Shown in pieces: positions 11,059-21,493 of a stretch of 64,000 nucleotides of DNA (its first letter is position 1; each line of letters opens with the position of its first letter). The notes under the pieces are model-generated. The model searched no databases. It was not told the origin of the DNA and saw only the letters and a list, made by a program, of their open reading frames with translations. Origin of the DNA: Promethearchaeota archaeon (GTDB taxonomy: Archaea; Asgardarchaeota; Lokiarchaeia; Sigyniarchaeales; SOKP01); assembly GCA_011364925.1 (NCBI GenBank), contig RDOA01000011.1, forward strand, positions 25,478-89,477. Direction: 5' to 3'. Made by a program: the position numbers and the translations under genes.

Positions 11059-12576
11059 TTTAAGTTTCTTCCAATTTATACATTCTTGCGATAAACATAT
11101 ATTTTCAGACTTAGATTTGAATCTTCGTTCCCTGATGTCAACAAATATGGGATAATTTACTGCGTTTCCCATTACTAACATCTCTCCTACGCTTAGACTT
11201 GATATCATGTCAGCGTAATCTTTGGTAATAGTCTCCGAACTATCCATCAAATGTTTTAAATCGTAGGGATTTTTAATATTAAGAATTAATTTAGAATTTG
11301 TCTGAGAAAGAGCTGTAGTACTTAACTTTTTAGGCCTCTGGCTTATTAAGCATAAACAAGCCATGAATTTTCGTCCTTCTCTAGCAATAGTTTCAATAAT
11401 GTATTTTGATAATGCTTTAGAATGAGCTGCTTCTGGGCAGAACTGGTGTGCCTCTTCTACTATTAGTAAGAATGGCGGAATTTCGTTATTTCTTCTTAAA
11501 TAAAATAACTGATTACAAATATAATCAACAATTATCTGTTTTTTACGTATTGAAATTTCTTTTTGAAGATTAAAAATAGAGATTTCACCCTGGTTTACAA
11601 TATTCTTAATGTTTGGGTTCTCTTGAGGTCCAAAAAGATTGAGTCGTTCTAAATCGGAGAGCCATCCAATTAATGCTTGGTTTGTACTTTTTCCTCCCTC
11701 TGGTTCTTTCTCAATTAATTCTATAATGCTGCTTAAAGTAAAATTTCTCTTCGTTTCATCGCTTTTTCTCAATTTTTTAATATATTTAGACAATTCTCTT
11801 ATCTGAACATTGGAAATCTGCTCTTGATATTTCTTGTATGCAACGGCATTCAAATGGGGTACGGAAATTTGAAAATATGATGTATCGATTAACTTTATTT
11901 TTTTCTTAAAGCTTGGTACAGAGTTTAAATACTGATATTCTCCATGAACATCAATTAATATAATCGCAGGAGTTCCTGAGTCTTCCTTCCTTGACAATAA
12001 TTCTTCAATAATAACTGATGTAAGGTAACTTTTTCCGCCTCCCGAAATTGAAAGAATCGCAAAATGTTTATTTAGAAGGCGATCCATGTTAATACAAGCA
12101 TCTAGATTTGATACCTTTACCTTACCCAAATTTAACCCATACTTTTCATCAAGACCTACAAAATCCTTAAGAATATCATCTTCAACTAAATACACTTCTT
12201 TTCCTGGACTTGCAGGATACATCATCCTTTTAATTGTCTTAATTTCAGATTCATCAGAATCTGTGAATTCTATAATCCCTAAGTTTCGAACAATTGCTAC
12301 AGCGTATTCAAAATCCTCGCTCGGAAATAACCCTTTAAGAATATTTGGATTGTTTTCGTTGTTGTAAGCCTTGATTGTTAAAGCGTCTGAAAAATATTCG
12401 TTTAACAGCACGATTTTCTCGACGATCCCAATCAAAAATCCTTCAATTGATTTTGTAAACACAAATAACCCTTTTCTGACAAGCAATCCATTTGTTCGCT
12501 TGTTTATTACAAAGGGATATTTCAAAACATCAGGTAATTGAAGAAAATTGAACACAATTCCAAGTTTTATTGACAT
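11050..12576 (-). CDS. HerA/DUF87-family ATPase
   Basis: N-terminal HAS-barrel-like region, HFAILSISGGGKS, IDVHGEY, IVEEAH, IAREGRK, ISQRP. Confidence 0.9.
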   Translation of the reverse strand: MSIKLGIVFNFLQLPDVLKYPFVINKRTNGLLVRKGLFVFTKSIEGFLIGIVEKIVLLNEYFSDALTIKAYNNENNPNILKGLFPSEDFEYAVAIVRNLGIIEFTDSDESEIKTIKRMMYPASPGKEVYLVEDDILKDFVGLDEKYGLNLGKVKVSNLDACINMDRLLNKHFAILSISGGGKSYLTSVIIEELLSRKEDSGTPAIILIDVHGEYQYLNSVPSFKKKIKLIDTSYFQISVPHLNAVAYKKYQEQISNVQIRELSKYIKKLRKSDETKRNFTLSSIIELIEKEPEGGKSTNQALIGWLSDLERLNLFGPQENPNIKNIVNQGEISIFNLQKEISIRKKQIIVDYICNQLFYLRRNNEIPPFLLIVEEAHQFCPEAAHSKALSKYIIETIAREGRKFMACLCLISQRPKKLSTTALSQTNSKLILNIKNPYDLKHLMDSSETITKDYADMISSLSVGEMLVMGNAVNYPIFVDIRERRFKSKSENICLSQECINWKKLKLV

Positions 12577-12677
12577 TGATTTAGATAAGAATGGAAATTA
12601 ATAAAAATAAGATAAGTGATAGAAATTACTGATTTTAAAGGAAAGTAAAATGTAAAAATAATAGGGGAAAAAATATT

Positions 12678-13280
12678 CTATTTTTCTAATTTTCCCATTA
12701 TCCTTAGAATTACATAATATCCATTTTTCCAAAAGTAGATCATAAATAATGTAACTGCTAAAACTGCAAATAGCGAAACTCCAGCAAATAAAATCCAGTT
12801 TCCGGTCAAAAATGAAGCAAAAAATATTGATAAAGGTGAATCTGGGTCAGGAGAAACTAAAATCTCTTGAATTATTGAAATTACAACACCGATTAGAATT
12901 GCCATAATACTTATTAACAATCCACCAGCTGCGATTTTAACATCTATGCGATTTTTGTACTTTTCTTCGATTTCTCTCACATTAAAAATGAAATGTAGCA
13001 CCCATTTTCTCCCTTTTTTAAATAATCCAAAGAAGAATATCAAAAGAAAAAACAATACTGCCAGTATCCCTGCGATTATTGCGATCTGATAACCTAGGGT
13101 TAAAGTTAAGAATGCGTTTAGCTTCCCAGTAGGCATTAAGAAATCGAATATTGACCAGATTCCCCCTGTAATACATGTTAAGCAAGCAAGAACGATAAGA
13201 ATGTAAAATATATTCCCTATTACTTTTTGGTTTGAAGTATAAACTTTTTCAGAACTTGAATATGGTACTGTTTGTTCCAT
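12678..13280 (-). CDS. 4-TM membrane protein with internal duplication, function unknown
   Basis: Four hydrophobic segments arranged as two similar halves; ATG at 13280 after GTGA. Confidence 0.7.
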   Translation of the reverse strand: MEQTVPYSSSEKVYTSNQKVIGNIFYILIVLACLTCITGGIWSIFDFLMPTGKLNAFLTLTLGYQIAIIAGILAVLFFLLIFFFGLFKKGRKWVLHFIFNVREIEEKYKNRIDVKIAAGGLLISIMAILIGVVISIIQEILVSPDPDSPLSIFFASFLTGNWILFAGVSLFAVLAVTLFMIYFWKNGYYVILRIMGKLEK

Positions 13281-13383
13281 TTTTTTCACTAATCTGTTTT
13301 ATTTAAAAAATTTATAACATTTTAAATATATAAAATTGAGTATTATAGCTAAGATTTAAAAAAAACAAAAAAAAAAAAATTCT

Positions 13384-14922
13384 TTATTCAGAATCTTTAC
13401 TTTGAAGCGTCTCAATAAAAGTTTTATGAAAATTCTTTTCATTTAGGATTGTATATAACTCATTCGATAAATTAAATACTTTATTATAAAAATTCTGCCG
13501 ATTTGCGTCAGGAATCCATTTTTTATCTATCTTACATATGTTTTCAGCAGCAGAAACAACATCTGAAAACAAACCTGCACCAGCAGCGGCTAAAATTGCA
13601 GCACCTAAAGAAGTGGCTTCCTCAATCACATTTCTGACACATGTCATTCCTAAAACATCGGAATAGATTTGATTCCATAAATCTGATCGCGACCCTCCTC
13701 CAGTAAGTTTTAATTCTTTTGGATCAAGTCCTAATTCTCTAAAAATTTCTATGTTTTTCTTCACTTCAAATGCGACACCCTCTAAAATCGATCGGATAAT
13801 ATCTCTTCTTTTATGACCCAAAGATAATCCGTAGATCAAACCTCTCGCATATGGGTTCCAATATGGTGCTCCCGCTCCAACTAAATGAGGAATCGATAGT
13901 AGCATGTTAGCGCCCATAGGTGACTTCTCAGCTTCCTCTGTCATTATTTCATAAGGATCTACATTTTGTTCAGTGGCAGATCTGCATTCTTCATTTCCTA
14001 ATTCATCCCTAAACCATCTTAGAAAAGCACCAGTCGTGAAGATACTTGCCTCTTGAACCCAAGCACCAGGAATTGCGTGGCAACTGCATAAAACTCGTTT
14101 ACTAGGGTCAAAATTCGGTTTTTCTAAATAAGCTAACATGAAACTTCCAGTTCCAGTAGTCAACTTTACATTTCCGGGTGAGACAACTCCTACTCCCAAT
14201 GCCGCCGATTGCTGGTCTCCTGCTCCTGAAACAACCATAGTTTTTTTATCAAATAGAATTTCATCATTATTAATTTCCCCTATTTCTACTCCACTTTCAA
14301 TCGCTTCTGGCATCTTATCAAGATCTAGTTCTAATTCTGAAGCAATGTCTTCCGAATATTTGAAATTGTTAATGTCGAATAACATAGTTCTTGAGGCATT
14401 AGAATGGTCGGTGTAATATTTCCCAGTTAGCTTATAAATAATAAAATCTGCTACCAAAAGGAATTTATATGCTTTTTGATAAATTTCTGGTTTTTTGTCT
14501 TTAAACCAAAGAATTTTTGTTGCCGAAAAATACGGATCTATCGTTAACCCTGTAGTTCGATATATTTTGTCAATGCCAACTTTTTTTTTTATAAATTCGA
14601 CTTGATCGGTTGTACGTCGGTCCTGCCAAACTATTGCGTTATGCAATGGATTACCGTCCTTATCTACGGGTACAATAGTTTCTCTTTGGTTAGTTACAGA
14701 TAAACTTACTATTTGTGATTTATCAATTCCACTCTTTTTTAGCGCACCCTCAGTGGTTTTTTTAATGGACTCCCACCAAGAATTCGCATTCTGCTCTACA
14801 AAAGAAGGAGATGGATAATAACTTTCCCACTCTTGATAATCACTTGATATAATCGAGCCAGCTAAATCAAAAATATAAGTCCTACAACCAGTAGTTCCAA
14901 GGTCAAGTGCGGCTATAAACAT
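13384..14922 (-). CDS. xylulokinase/glycerol kinase-like FGGY sugar kinase
   Basis: DLGTTGCR, TNQRET, AIVWQDRR, SNASRT, GDQQSA, TTGTG, GGGSRS. Confidence 0.9.
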   Translation of the reverse strand: MFIAALDLGTTGCRTYIFDLAGSIISSDYQEWESYYPSPSFVEQNANSWWESIKKTTEGALKKSGIDKSQIVSLSVTNQRETIVPVDKDGNPLHNAIVWQDRRTTDQVEFIKKKVGIDKIYRTTGLTIDPYFSATKILWFKDKKPEIYQKAYKFLLVADFIIYKLTGKYYTDHSNASRTMLFDINNFKYSEDIASELELDLDKMPEAIESGVEIGEINNDEILFDKKTMVVSGAGDQQSAALGVGVVSPGNVKLTTGTGSFMLAYLEKPNFDPSKRVLCSCHAIPGAWVQEASIFTTGAFLRWFRDELGNEECRSATEQNVDPYEIMTEEAEKSPMGANMLLSIPHLVGAGAPYWNPYARGLIYGLSLGHKRRDIIRSILEGVAFEVKKNIEIFRELGLDPKELKLTGGGSRSDLWNQIYSDVLGMTCVRNVIEEATSLGAAILAAAGAGLFSDVVSAAENICKIDKKWIPDANRQNFYNKVFNLSNELYTILNEKNFHKTFIETLQSKDSE

Positions 14923-15035
14923 AACTAGTTTTCCTCATTAGATTTTTAATTTGAGTGATAAGATATAGATCAGACCATATATATAAAAATAATAGTACTT
15001 CTTTATGAAGAATTTTATTTCATAGAATTTAGCTT

Positions 15036-15725
15036 TTAGTGTAATTTCTTCTTGTATCCACAGTATGGACATATAAAACTGGCTAATCCCACATTGAAGC
15101 CTTTAATCTCTGTAATCAGCTTATTACAGTTTGGACACCTAGGTGAATAATCAGGAAACCATTGTCCTTTGATATTTGGCATCTCTTTAAGCATATTATA
15201 GAATTTTAGTTTATCTAGATTCTTTTTATTAAATTTTAATATGTGTTCTTCGTCAGCAATTGATTTTCCTTTAGGGGTTAATACCATCAAAAATTTCATT
15301 TTTTTAGGGTTGTTTAACAAGGAAAGTGTCCGTAATATTGCTCCTTCTTTATATTGCTCAAACAATTTAGCTAATTCTGGAGGGGCTAATGCTACTAATA
15401 TTGCATGAGTGTCTTTTGCTTCAAGTTTGACCTTTTGTATAAGGAATTGGAAAATTCTTCTTTCCTGATCCATTCCCCAGATAAAATTCCATGGTTTAAT
15501 ATCATAATCTTCCTCATTAGGCCCAACAACTCTTTTAATACACTCAACTCGTGAATAATGTTTAAATTTATACATATTAGAGAGTAAATCATCAAAAAAA
15601 CTAGGTTCAATCACAGGATAAGATTTAATTATATCTTTGAGCGATAGCAACTTAACTTCGGTTAATACTTGTGTGTTAAGAGTATCCCACGGGGTAAAAG
15701 TGAAAATAGAAAAAAAATTACTCAC
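15036..15725 (-). CDS. hypothetical protein with C-terminal Zn ribbon
   Basis: 229-aa ORF ending CPNC...CPYCG. Confidence 0.7.
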   Translation of the reverse strand: MSNFFSIFTFTPWDTLNTQVLTEVKLLSLKDIIKSYPVIEPSFFDDLLSNMYKFKHYSRVECIKRVVGPNEEDYDIKPWNFIWGMDQERRIFQFLIQKVKLEAKDTHAILVALAPPELAKLFEQYKEGAILRTLSLLNNPKKMKFLMVLTPKGKSIADEEHILKFNKKNLDKLKFYNMLKEMPNIKGQWFPDYSPRCPNCNKLITEIKGFNVGLASFICPYCGYKKKLH

Positions 15726-15838
15726 GATTCATCATTTTTTTATTAGTATTTACGATAAGATAATGGTTTAAAATATAAAAATAAGATTTAAGAAATATTG
15801 CTCTTAATTTTTAATTAAAAACTAAAAGAGCCTGTTAG

Positions 15839-16990
15839 ATGAATGGAATTTGGGACATAAAAGCTGATGCTATAAAGAAAGGAGATAAACTCAGAGATGT
15901 ATCATCTCTTACTGATAAGACCGTAACAGATGAAGACGGTTTTACACATTACTTCTTCAGTAAAACTAATTTTTATAATCGCTGGTACACTATACCGGAA
16001 GAGGATTTCAAACTTTTCGAAAACTTTATTGAAGGGGGATCTAGGGCTTATCCTTCTGATGGTAGTATTCCATGCGATATCGTAGCGAGAGAAGCAAGAA
16101 AAGTCCTCGAGAAAATCGTACTCTGTTCAGAAAATCCCAATCACCATTACTGTGAGGATGCCCGTGAAGTATTGAAAAATGGTAAATTTTCGTCTGTCAG
16201 AGGAACTTTAAAACTATATTTGGGTAAATATACAACCCGAGATTGGAGAAGAAAAAGATTTACAGACGATATCGATTTTTGGATGTTTCAAACCAATCTT
16301 TTAGATTCTTCATTAAAAGAATGTAGTTTTATAAAAAACAAAGAAACAGGAGAATGGGAAAAAAATATAGAATGGAAGAAGTTCGAAACTAATGAAACTA
16401 AACATGAAACTCTATTTGCTGCTAATAACCTTAATCAGCTGTTGGATTTCGGAGCAGGTAGTTATCTTGAAGGCTCAAGTTTAAAGGAAATCTTTGATAA
16501 AAAAATAAAAAGAGGACACGATGTAGATTTAAGCGATATTATAAATGTTGCTATGGTAAACAATGGCATAGATGGAGTTCACAAAAATGAGTGGTTAGAT
16601 GCATGGAATTCTTTTGAACAGGCAGCAAATACACGAAATACGCGGACTACTTCCAATCTAATAAGTATTTGCAGATTCTCTTTTGCTATTGCTGATCATC
16701 TCGAAAAGGTTGGAGAAACCATTAAAAAATATAAAAATCTAATTTTAGATTCATCAAAATATTCAGACGAGAAGATTAAATCACTTTGTAACGTTTCTAT
16801 TCATTGGGAGGAATATTACAATACTCATAGTGTAGATGATACAAGAAAAATGATATATGATTTTTACGAAGAACAAGTAAGAGAAAAGCCGATACACGCA
16901 CAAAACCTGAGAATTTTCGCGAATAAGATACTTAAATTATTGAATTCTAAATATAGTTATCTTAAAATAATGTTTGAGATTGAAAATTAA
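15839..16990 (+). CDS. putative Pol-beta-superfamily nucleotidyltransferase (AbiEii/MenT/DUF6036-like)
   Basis: SVRGTL...RFTDDIDF and KKIKRGHDVDLSDI resemble AbiEii-type motifs I, II and IV. Confidence 0.55.
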   Translation: MNGIWDIKADAIKKGDKLRDVSSLTDKTVTDEDGFTHYFFSKTNFYNRWYTIPEEDFKLFENFIEGGSRAYPSDGSIPCDIVAREARKVLEKIVLCSENPNHHYCEDAREVLKNGKFSSVRGTLKLYLGKYTTRDWRRKRFTDDIDFWMFQTNLLDSSLKECSFIKNKETGEWEKNIEWKKFETNETKHETLFAANNLNQLLDFGAGSYLEGSSLKEIFDKKIKRGHDVDLSDIINVAMVNNGIDGVHKNEWLDAWNSFEQAANTRNTRTTSNLISICRFSFAIADHLEKVGETIKKYKNLILDSSKYSDEKIKSLCNVSIHWEEYYNTHSVDDTRKMIYDFYEEQVREKPIHAQNLRIFANKILKLLNSKYSYLKIMFEIEN

Positions 16991-17042
16991 TTTTAGATTT
17001 ATAAAATAAAAATTTAATAATTCGTGTTCTAATCTTTCAAAC

Positions 17043-17339
17043 ATGACTCAATTTAAGATTGTTGTTAAAAAAAGGTGCTTTTTTTGTGATAAGCTGTTGT
17101 CTTGGCTCCAAGATAAAGATGTCGATTATATTGTATTAGATTACCAAGACCCTAAAGATTTCAATGATCCTTTAATGAAAAATCCAACATTTAATAGCCT
17201 ATACTGCGATATGAGTGCATGTGTAGAAAGTTTACCCCTCGTAGTAAAAAATGATAATGAGTTCTTTTACAGCGAAATCTGGGATTTAGTAAATAATACG
17301 ATTATAGAAGAAAAAGCTAAGGAAATATTTGAGATTTAA
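17043..17339 (+). CDS. glutaredoxin-like protein
   Basis: N-terminal CFFC, helix-strand pattern, SLP cis-Pro-like motif. Confidence 0.7.
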   Translation: MTQFKIVVKKRCFFCDKLLSWLQDKDVDYIVLDYQDPKDFNDPLMKNPTFNSLYCDMSACVESLPLVVKNDNEFFYSEIWDLVNNTIIEEKAKEIFEI

Positions 17340-17344
17340 AATCT

Positions 17345-17366
17345 TCGTGAAACTGAACTTTCACGA
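17345..17366. terminator. perfect 8-bp inverted repeat between convergent genes (possible terminator or stability hairpin)
   Basis: TCGTGAAA-CTGAAC-TTTCACGA, 5 nt after the Grx stop codon. Confidence 0.35.
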
Positions 17367-17413
17367 TCATTATAGAATACAATAGTAAGATTTTGAGAAG
17401 GAAGCTAATAATA

Positions 17414-18634
17414 TTAATCAGTAGATTTTTGATTACTTACAAATCTATCTTTCGTGATTCTGTGCAGTAAAAGAAAGCCAATTACAGCAATAAGAGAAAG
17501 AATACCCGCAAAATACCAAATCCACCGTCCGCCAAGAGTATCACCAATTAATCCTGCAATCAATACTGCAAAAAGATTGGGAATCGCCCAATGAAAGCCA
17601 AAAACAGCCATATAGCGGCCTCTTTTATCTTCTGGAGCAAAAGTTCCTGCTACAGACATTGCTAATGGCATTTCAATCATTTCTCCTATAGTTATTATTA
17701 TCATAGCGATGAAGAACAGATAGACTTCGGAAATAAAGCCATACATTCCAAAACCGACTATATAAAAAAATACACCAAGAGCTATAACCTTCATTGGGGC
17801 ATATTTTGACATTTTTTTTGTAATCCAAAATTGAAATACTACTACCATTAAAGCGTTCGTGCTCAATAAATAACCGAACATGTCTAATGGAAATCCATGA
17901 TATTTAAAAAGAAATAGAGACAAGGTACTATTCAATTGCATATAAACAATAACTGTTATTGCAGATATAGCTAGAAATAAAATATATTGCCAATCTTTTA
18001 ATACTTCTTTATATCCTTTAATAGTTTTAATGAGAGAATCATTATGGCCTCCTATTTCTAATTCTGGCTTTGTCTCAGGGATTATTGTATAAACAATAAC
18101 AGCTGTGATGAGACTGCCAATAGCGTCAATAATAAATAAAAGTAAAAAGGATCGGGTAGCAATTATACCACCCAGTATTGGACCTGCAACTGCAGAAAGA
18201 TTAACAGCTACTCGAAGTATACCAAAACCTTCAGCTTGTTTTTCTTTTCCTAATAAATCTGTTACCATTGCCTGTCTTGCAGGTCCCCCAACATCACCCA
18301 ACATACCTAAAATGGCTCCAACTATATAAAACAAGATAATATTATCTAAAAATCCTAAAATAATACTCCCCATTGCACTGGAAATCAATCCAAATAAGAG
18401 CATCAAACGACGACCATACTTATCAGCAAAGGCTCCTCCCATCGCTGAACCAACTAAGGAACCAGCAGAAAACATTGTAAACATCAAACCGACTTCAGTC
18501 CATGTTATCCCAAAACGATGATAAACATATATAGAAAAATAGGGGAAGAGGATAAATCCACCCAACCTATCAATAAATGTGGCAAGTACCAAAATTTTAA
18601 ATGGTTTGGGATATTGGAAGTATTTTTTAAACAT
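17414..18634 (-). CDS. MFS transporter (MDR type)
   Basis: About 12 TM segments; motif A GAFADKYGRR. Confidence 0.92.
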   Translation of the reverse strand: MFKKYFQYPKPFKILVLATFIDRLGGFILFPYFSIYVYHRFGITWTEVGLMFTMFSAGSLVGSAMGGAFADKYGRRLMLLFGLISSAMGSIILGFLDNIILFYIVGAILGMLGDVGGPARQAMVTDLLGKEKQAEGFGILRVAVNLSAVAGPILGGIIATRSFLLLFIIDAIGSLITAVIVYTIIPETKPELEIGGHNDSLIKTIKGYKEVLKDWQYILFLAISAITVIVYMQLNSTLSLFLFKYHGFPLDMFGYLLSTNALMVVVFQFWITKKMSKYAPMKVIALGVFFYIVGFGMYGFISEVYLFFIAMIIITIGEMIEMPLAMSVAGTFAPEDKRGRYMAVFGFHWAIPNLFAVLIAGLIGDTLGGRWIWYFAGILSLIAVIGFLLLHRITKDRFVSNQKSTD

Positions 18635-18822
18635 TATCCGATCAGATTTGGAAGGGTTTGATTTGCTAGTATAAAGAATTATGATTAATATACATTCTTA
18701 TAATGAAATTTTTTTGAATTAAGTGAAACAAAAAAATTAAGAATTCTTTTATAGTGAATTCTAATTATATTTTTTAATGGAAATATGATTATACTTATAC
18801 AGTTTAAGTAGTATAAAGAGGA

Positions 18823-20073
18823 TTGAAAATGTTTGATTATATAATCTCTGATGAAGCTAAAAAAATAAAAGAAGAAGTACGAGCGTTTGTAAGAGACGAA
18901 GTACCTCACTCTTTAATTAAAAAGATGGATAAAGAAGAAATTAATTACCCAACAGAGTATTTACAGAAACTTGGAGAAAATAATCTTATAGGTTTAAGGT
19001 TCCCTAAAGAATATGGTGGTCGAGGTTTAAATTGGGAATGTGAAGTTGTCGCTCTTGAAGAAGTAGGAGTATTAGGAAGTTCGTTACCGTGCTTATATTC
19101 ACTTCCTATAATTACAGGAGAAGCTATGAATATGTTTGGGTCTCAGGAACAAAAATTAAAGTACTTAAAACCGATGTGTGAAGGTAAAAAATATACTGCA
19201 GAAGCATTAACAGAACCAAGAGGAGGATCAGACTTTTTTGGTGCAACTTGTACGGCAATCAAAGATGGTGACTATTACATTTTAAACGGAGAGAAGCGCT
19301 TTGTGGTCGGTGCTGAGGGTGCGGATTTCTTCTTAGTTTATGCTAAAACTGATTTAAATCCAAAAGCGGATCCGCGTTCCTCGCTTAGTTTATTTATTGT
19401 TGATCGAAATAAAGGCGTCGAGACAGAATATATATACGGACTTTTAGGGACTAGAGGTGGTGGTGCAGGCAGATTAAAATTTAAGGAGGTCCAAGTCCCT
19501 AAAGAAAATATTATACTAGGAGAAGGAAAAGGAGGTTTAATTTTTTATCAAATGATGGTTCCTGAACGCCTTACGACTGCATCTGGTTCATTAGGATCAG
19601 CTAGGACATGTTTACATATTGCTACCAAATATTCAACTAAAAGGAAAGCTTTTGGACAAACGATTAATAACTTCGAAGCTGTGAATTTTAAAATAGCTGA
19701 CAGTATAACGCTTTTAGATGCTGCTAGATCGATTGTTCTAAACACAGCAAGGACTATTGATGCTGGGGCGCCAGCGGCTTTACAAAGAAGATTAGTCTCT
19801 GAATCAAAGAAATTTTCCACTAAAGCTTGTTGGAAAATAATTAATTATGCCATGCAAGTAATGGGGGGAATTGGATATACAACAGTTTACCCCATTGAAA
19901 GAATACTTCGTGATTCAAGAATTGGGGAAATTTGGACTGGAACTTCCGAAATAATGAATTTAATTATTCAACACGAGTATTATAAGGAAATATTAAGTGA
20001 AAAATGGTTGGATCGGGACGTAGAGCAGGACGCTCTCGAAAGCGATGCAGAAGAAGAGAAACATTATGGTTAA
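18823..20073 (+). CDS. acyl-CoA dehydrogenase
   Basis: [47 protein letters not shown]. Confidence 0.95.
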   Translation: MKMFDYIISDEAKKIKEEVRAFVRDEVPHSLIKKMDKEEINYPTEYLQKLGENNLIGLRFPKEYGGRGLNWECEVVALEEVGVLGSSLPCLYSLPIITGEAMNMFGSQEQKLKYLKPMCEGKKYTAEALTEPRGGSDFFGATCTAIKDGDYYILNGEKRFVVGAEGADFFLVYAKTDLNPKADPRSSLSLFIVDRNKGVETEYIYGLLGTRGGGAGRLKFKEVQVPKENIILGEGKGGLIFYQMMVPERLTTASGSLGSARTCLHIATKYSTKRKAFGQTINNFEAVNFKIADSITLLDAARSIVLNTARTIDAGAPAALQRRLVSESKKFSTKACWKIINYAMQVMGGIGYTTVYPIERILRDSRIGEIWTGTSEIMNLIIQHEYYKEILSEKWLDRDVEQDALESDAEEEKHYG

Positions 20074-20262
20074 TTAATAAATTAGATATTAGTGCATTTA
20101 ATTTCTTTATATTTTTTTTAACAGTATCGTTAGAGACTATTTTTCTGTATTTCTCTCTTATGATAATTTTATTTTGCTCTATTGGTTAAATATGTAATTA
20201 CGAAAGCTTTTTTTCATTGAACCATTTTATAAGGACATAATATATATGAAGGGAGATATTGC

Positions 20263-21483
20263 ATAGAAAAAGATCTAATAACCACATTAAATCTTTCAGC
20301 TGTAACTTTTCTGGTATTACTTGGATTAAGCATTGTAGCCCCAATTTTGCCATATTATGCTGAAACTTTTAATGTAAATTATACACTAGTTGGACTTGTG
20401 GTTTCTGCATTTGGGATAGCCCGTATGTTCATCGATTTGCCCGCAGGTTTAATGGGTCAAAAATATAACAAAAAAATCCTAATGCTCTTGGGACTAACAC
20501 TTGTATCTATATCCTCAATCTTAGCAGGAATAGCTCAAAATTACTGGATTTTGTTAGTAGCTCGAGTCATAGAAGGCTTCGGTTCTGCAATTTATGTAAC
20601 TATTGCTACTATTTTTATTGCGTTGGTTGCAAAACCAGAACGAAGAGGTTTTCTTATGGGTATTTACTCTGGCTTTTTATTATTAGGTAGCATTTTTGGA
20701 CCAAGTTTTGGTGGTATTATTGCTAATATTTATGGAATCAATGCCCCTTTTTTTGCTTATGCCATAGTATCCGCTATAGGGATAATTCCCACTCTTACTC
20801 TGCCGAGTATAAAGAATTCGGAAAACGAAAACACCGTTAGGCTAAGAAAACTTTATAGTGAAGCTTGGTCGATTTTGAAAAAGCCAAATTTCCTTTTCGT
20901 ACTCCCTTCAATCTTTTGCTTTTTTTTTATACGAACAGGAGTACGAAACACTCTTGTACCACTTTTTTCACTAAATGATCTTAGCTTAAACGAAATTGAT
21001 ATTGGAATATTATTGACATTAGCAGCTATAGCAACTACTATTACAATGCTACCTGTAGGCATTATTTCGGACAAAATAGGACGTAGAACTCCTCTATTGA
21101 TATCTCTTATCTGTTCTGCTTTTGTAACTCTATGGATACCTTTTACATTAAATTTGGTTTATATATCATCCGTAATGTTTGCTTATGGAGCGATGATCGG
21201 ATTATCTGGTCCGATTTCAGCATATATGACAGATATTGCACCTAAAAACAAGCTTGAGATTTATATGGGTATGTATCGTACGATAGGAGATATAGGTTTT
21301 GTACTTGGTCCGTTATTAATGGGATCCGTTGCAGATCTTACAAATATTACTGTATTAAGAGGAGGTTCTCTGATCACATTGATAGGCTGGCCCCCTTTTG
21401 CTGTAGCGGCTTCTATAATGGTATTATCGGGACTAATTCTCTTTAAAGCCCCTGATCCGAGACCTAATGGTATTATATCATAG
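20263..21483 (+). CDS. MFS transporter (probable ATA start upstream of the TTG at 20347)
   Basis: GIISDKIGRR motif; the first TM helix (LITTLNLSAVTFLVLLGLSIVAPILP) is encoded upstream of 20347, after SD GGGAGA. Confidence 0.88.
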   Translation: MEKDLITTLNLSAVTFLVLLGLSIVAPILPYYAETFNVNYTLVGLVVSAFGIARMFIDLPAGLMGQKYNKKILMLLGLTLVSISSILAGIAQNYWILLVARVIEGFGSAIYVTIATIFIALVAKPERRGFLMGIYSGFLLLGSIFGPSFGGIIANIYGINAPFFAYAIVSAIGIIPTLTLPSIKNSENENTVRLRKLYSEAWSILKKPNFLFVLPSIFCFFFIRTGVRNTLVPLFSLNDLSLNEIDIGILLTLAAIATTITMLPVGIISDKIGRRTPLLISLICSAFVTLWIPFTLNLVYISSVMFAYGAMIGLSGPISAYMTDIAPKNKLEIYMGMYRTIGDIGFVLGPLLMGSVADLTNITVLRGGSLITLIGWPPFAVAASIMVLSGLILFKAPDPRPNGIIS

Positions 21484-21493
21484 TCTTATGCTT

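Noticed and set aside
17345-17366. SECIS element after the Grx-like gene
   Set aside because: The upstream ORF has no in-frame UGA and the hairpin lacks a clear AUGA/GA core
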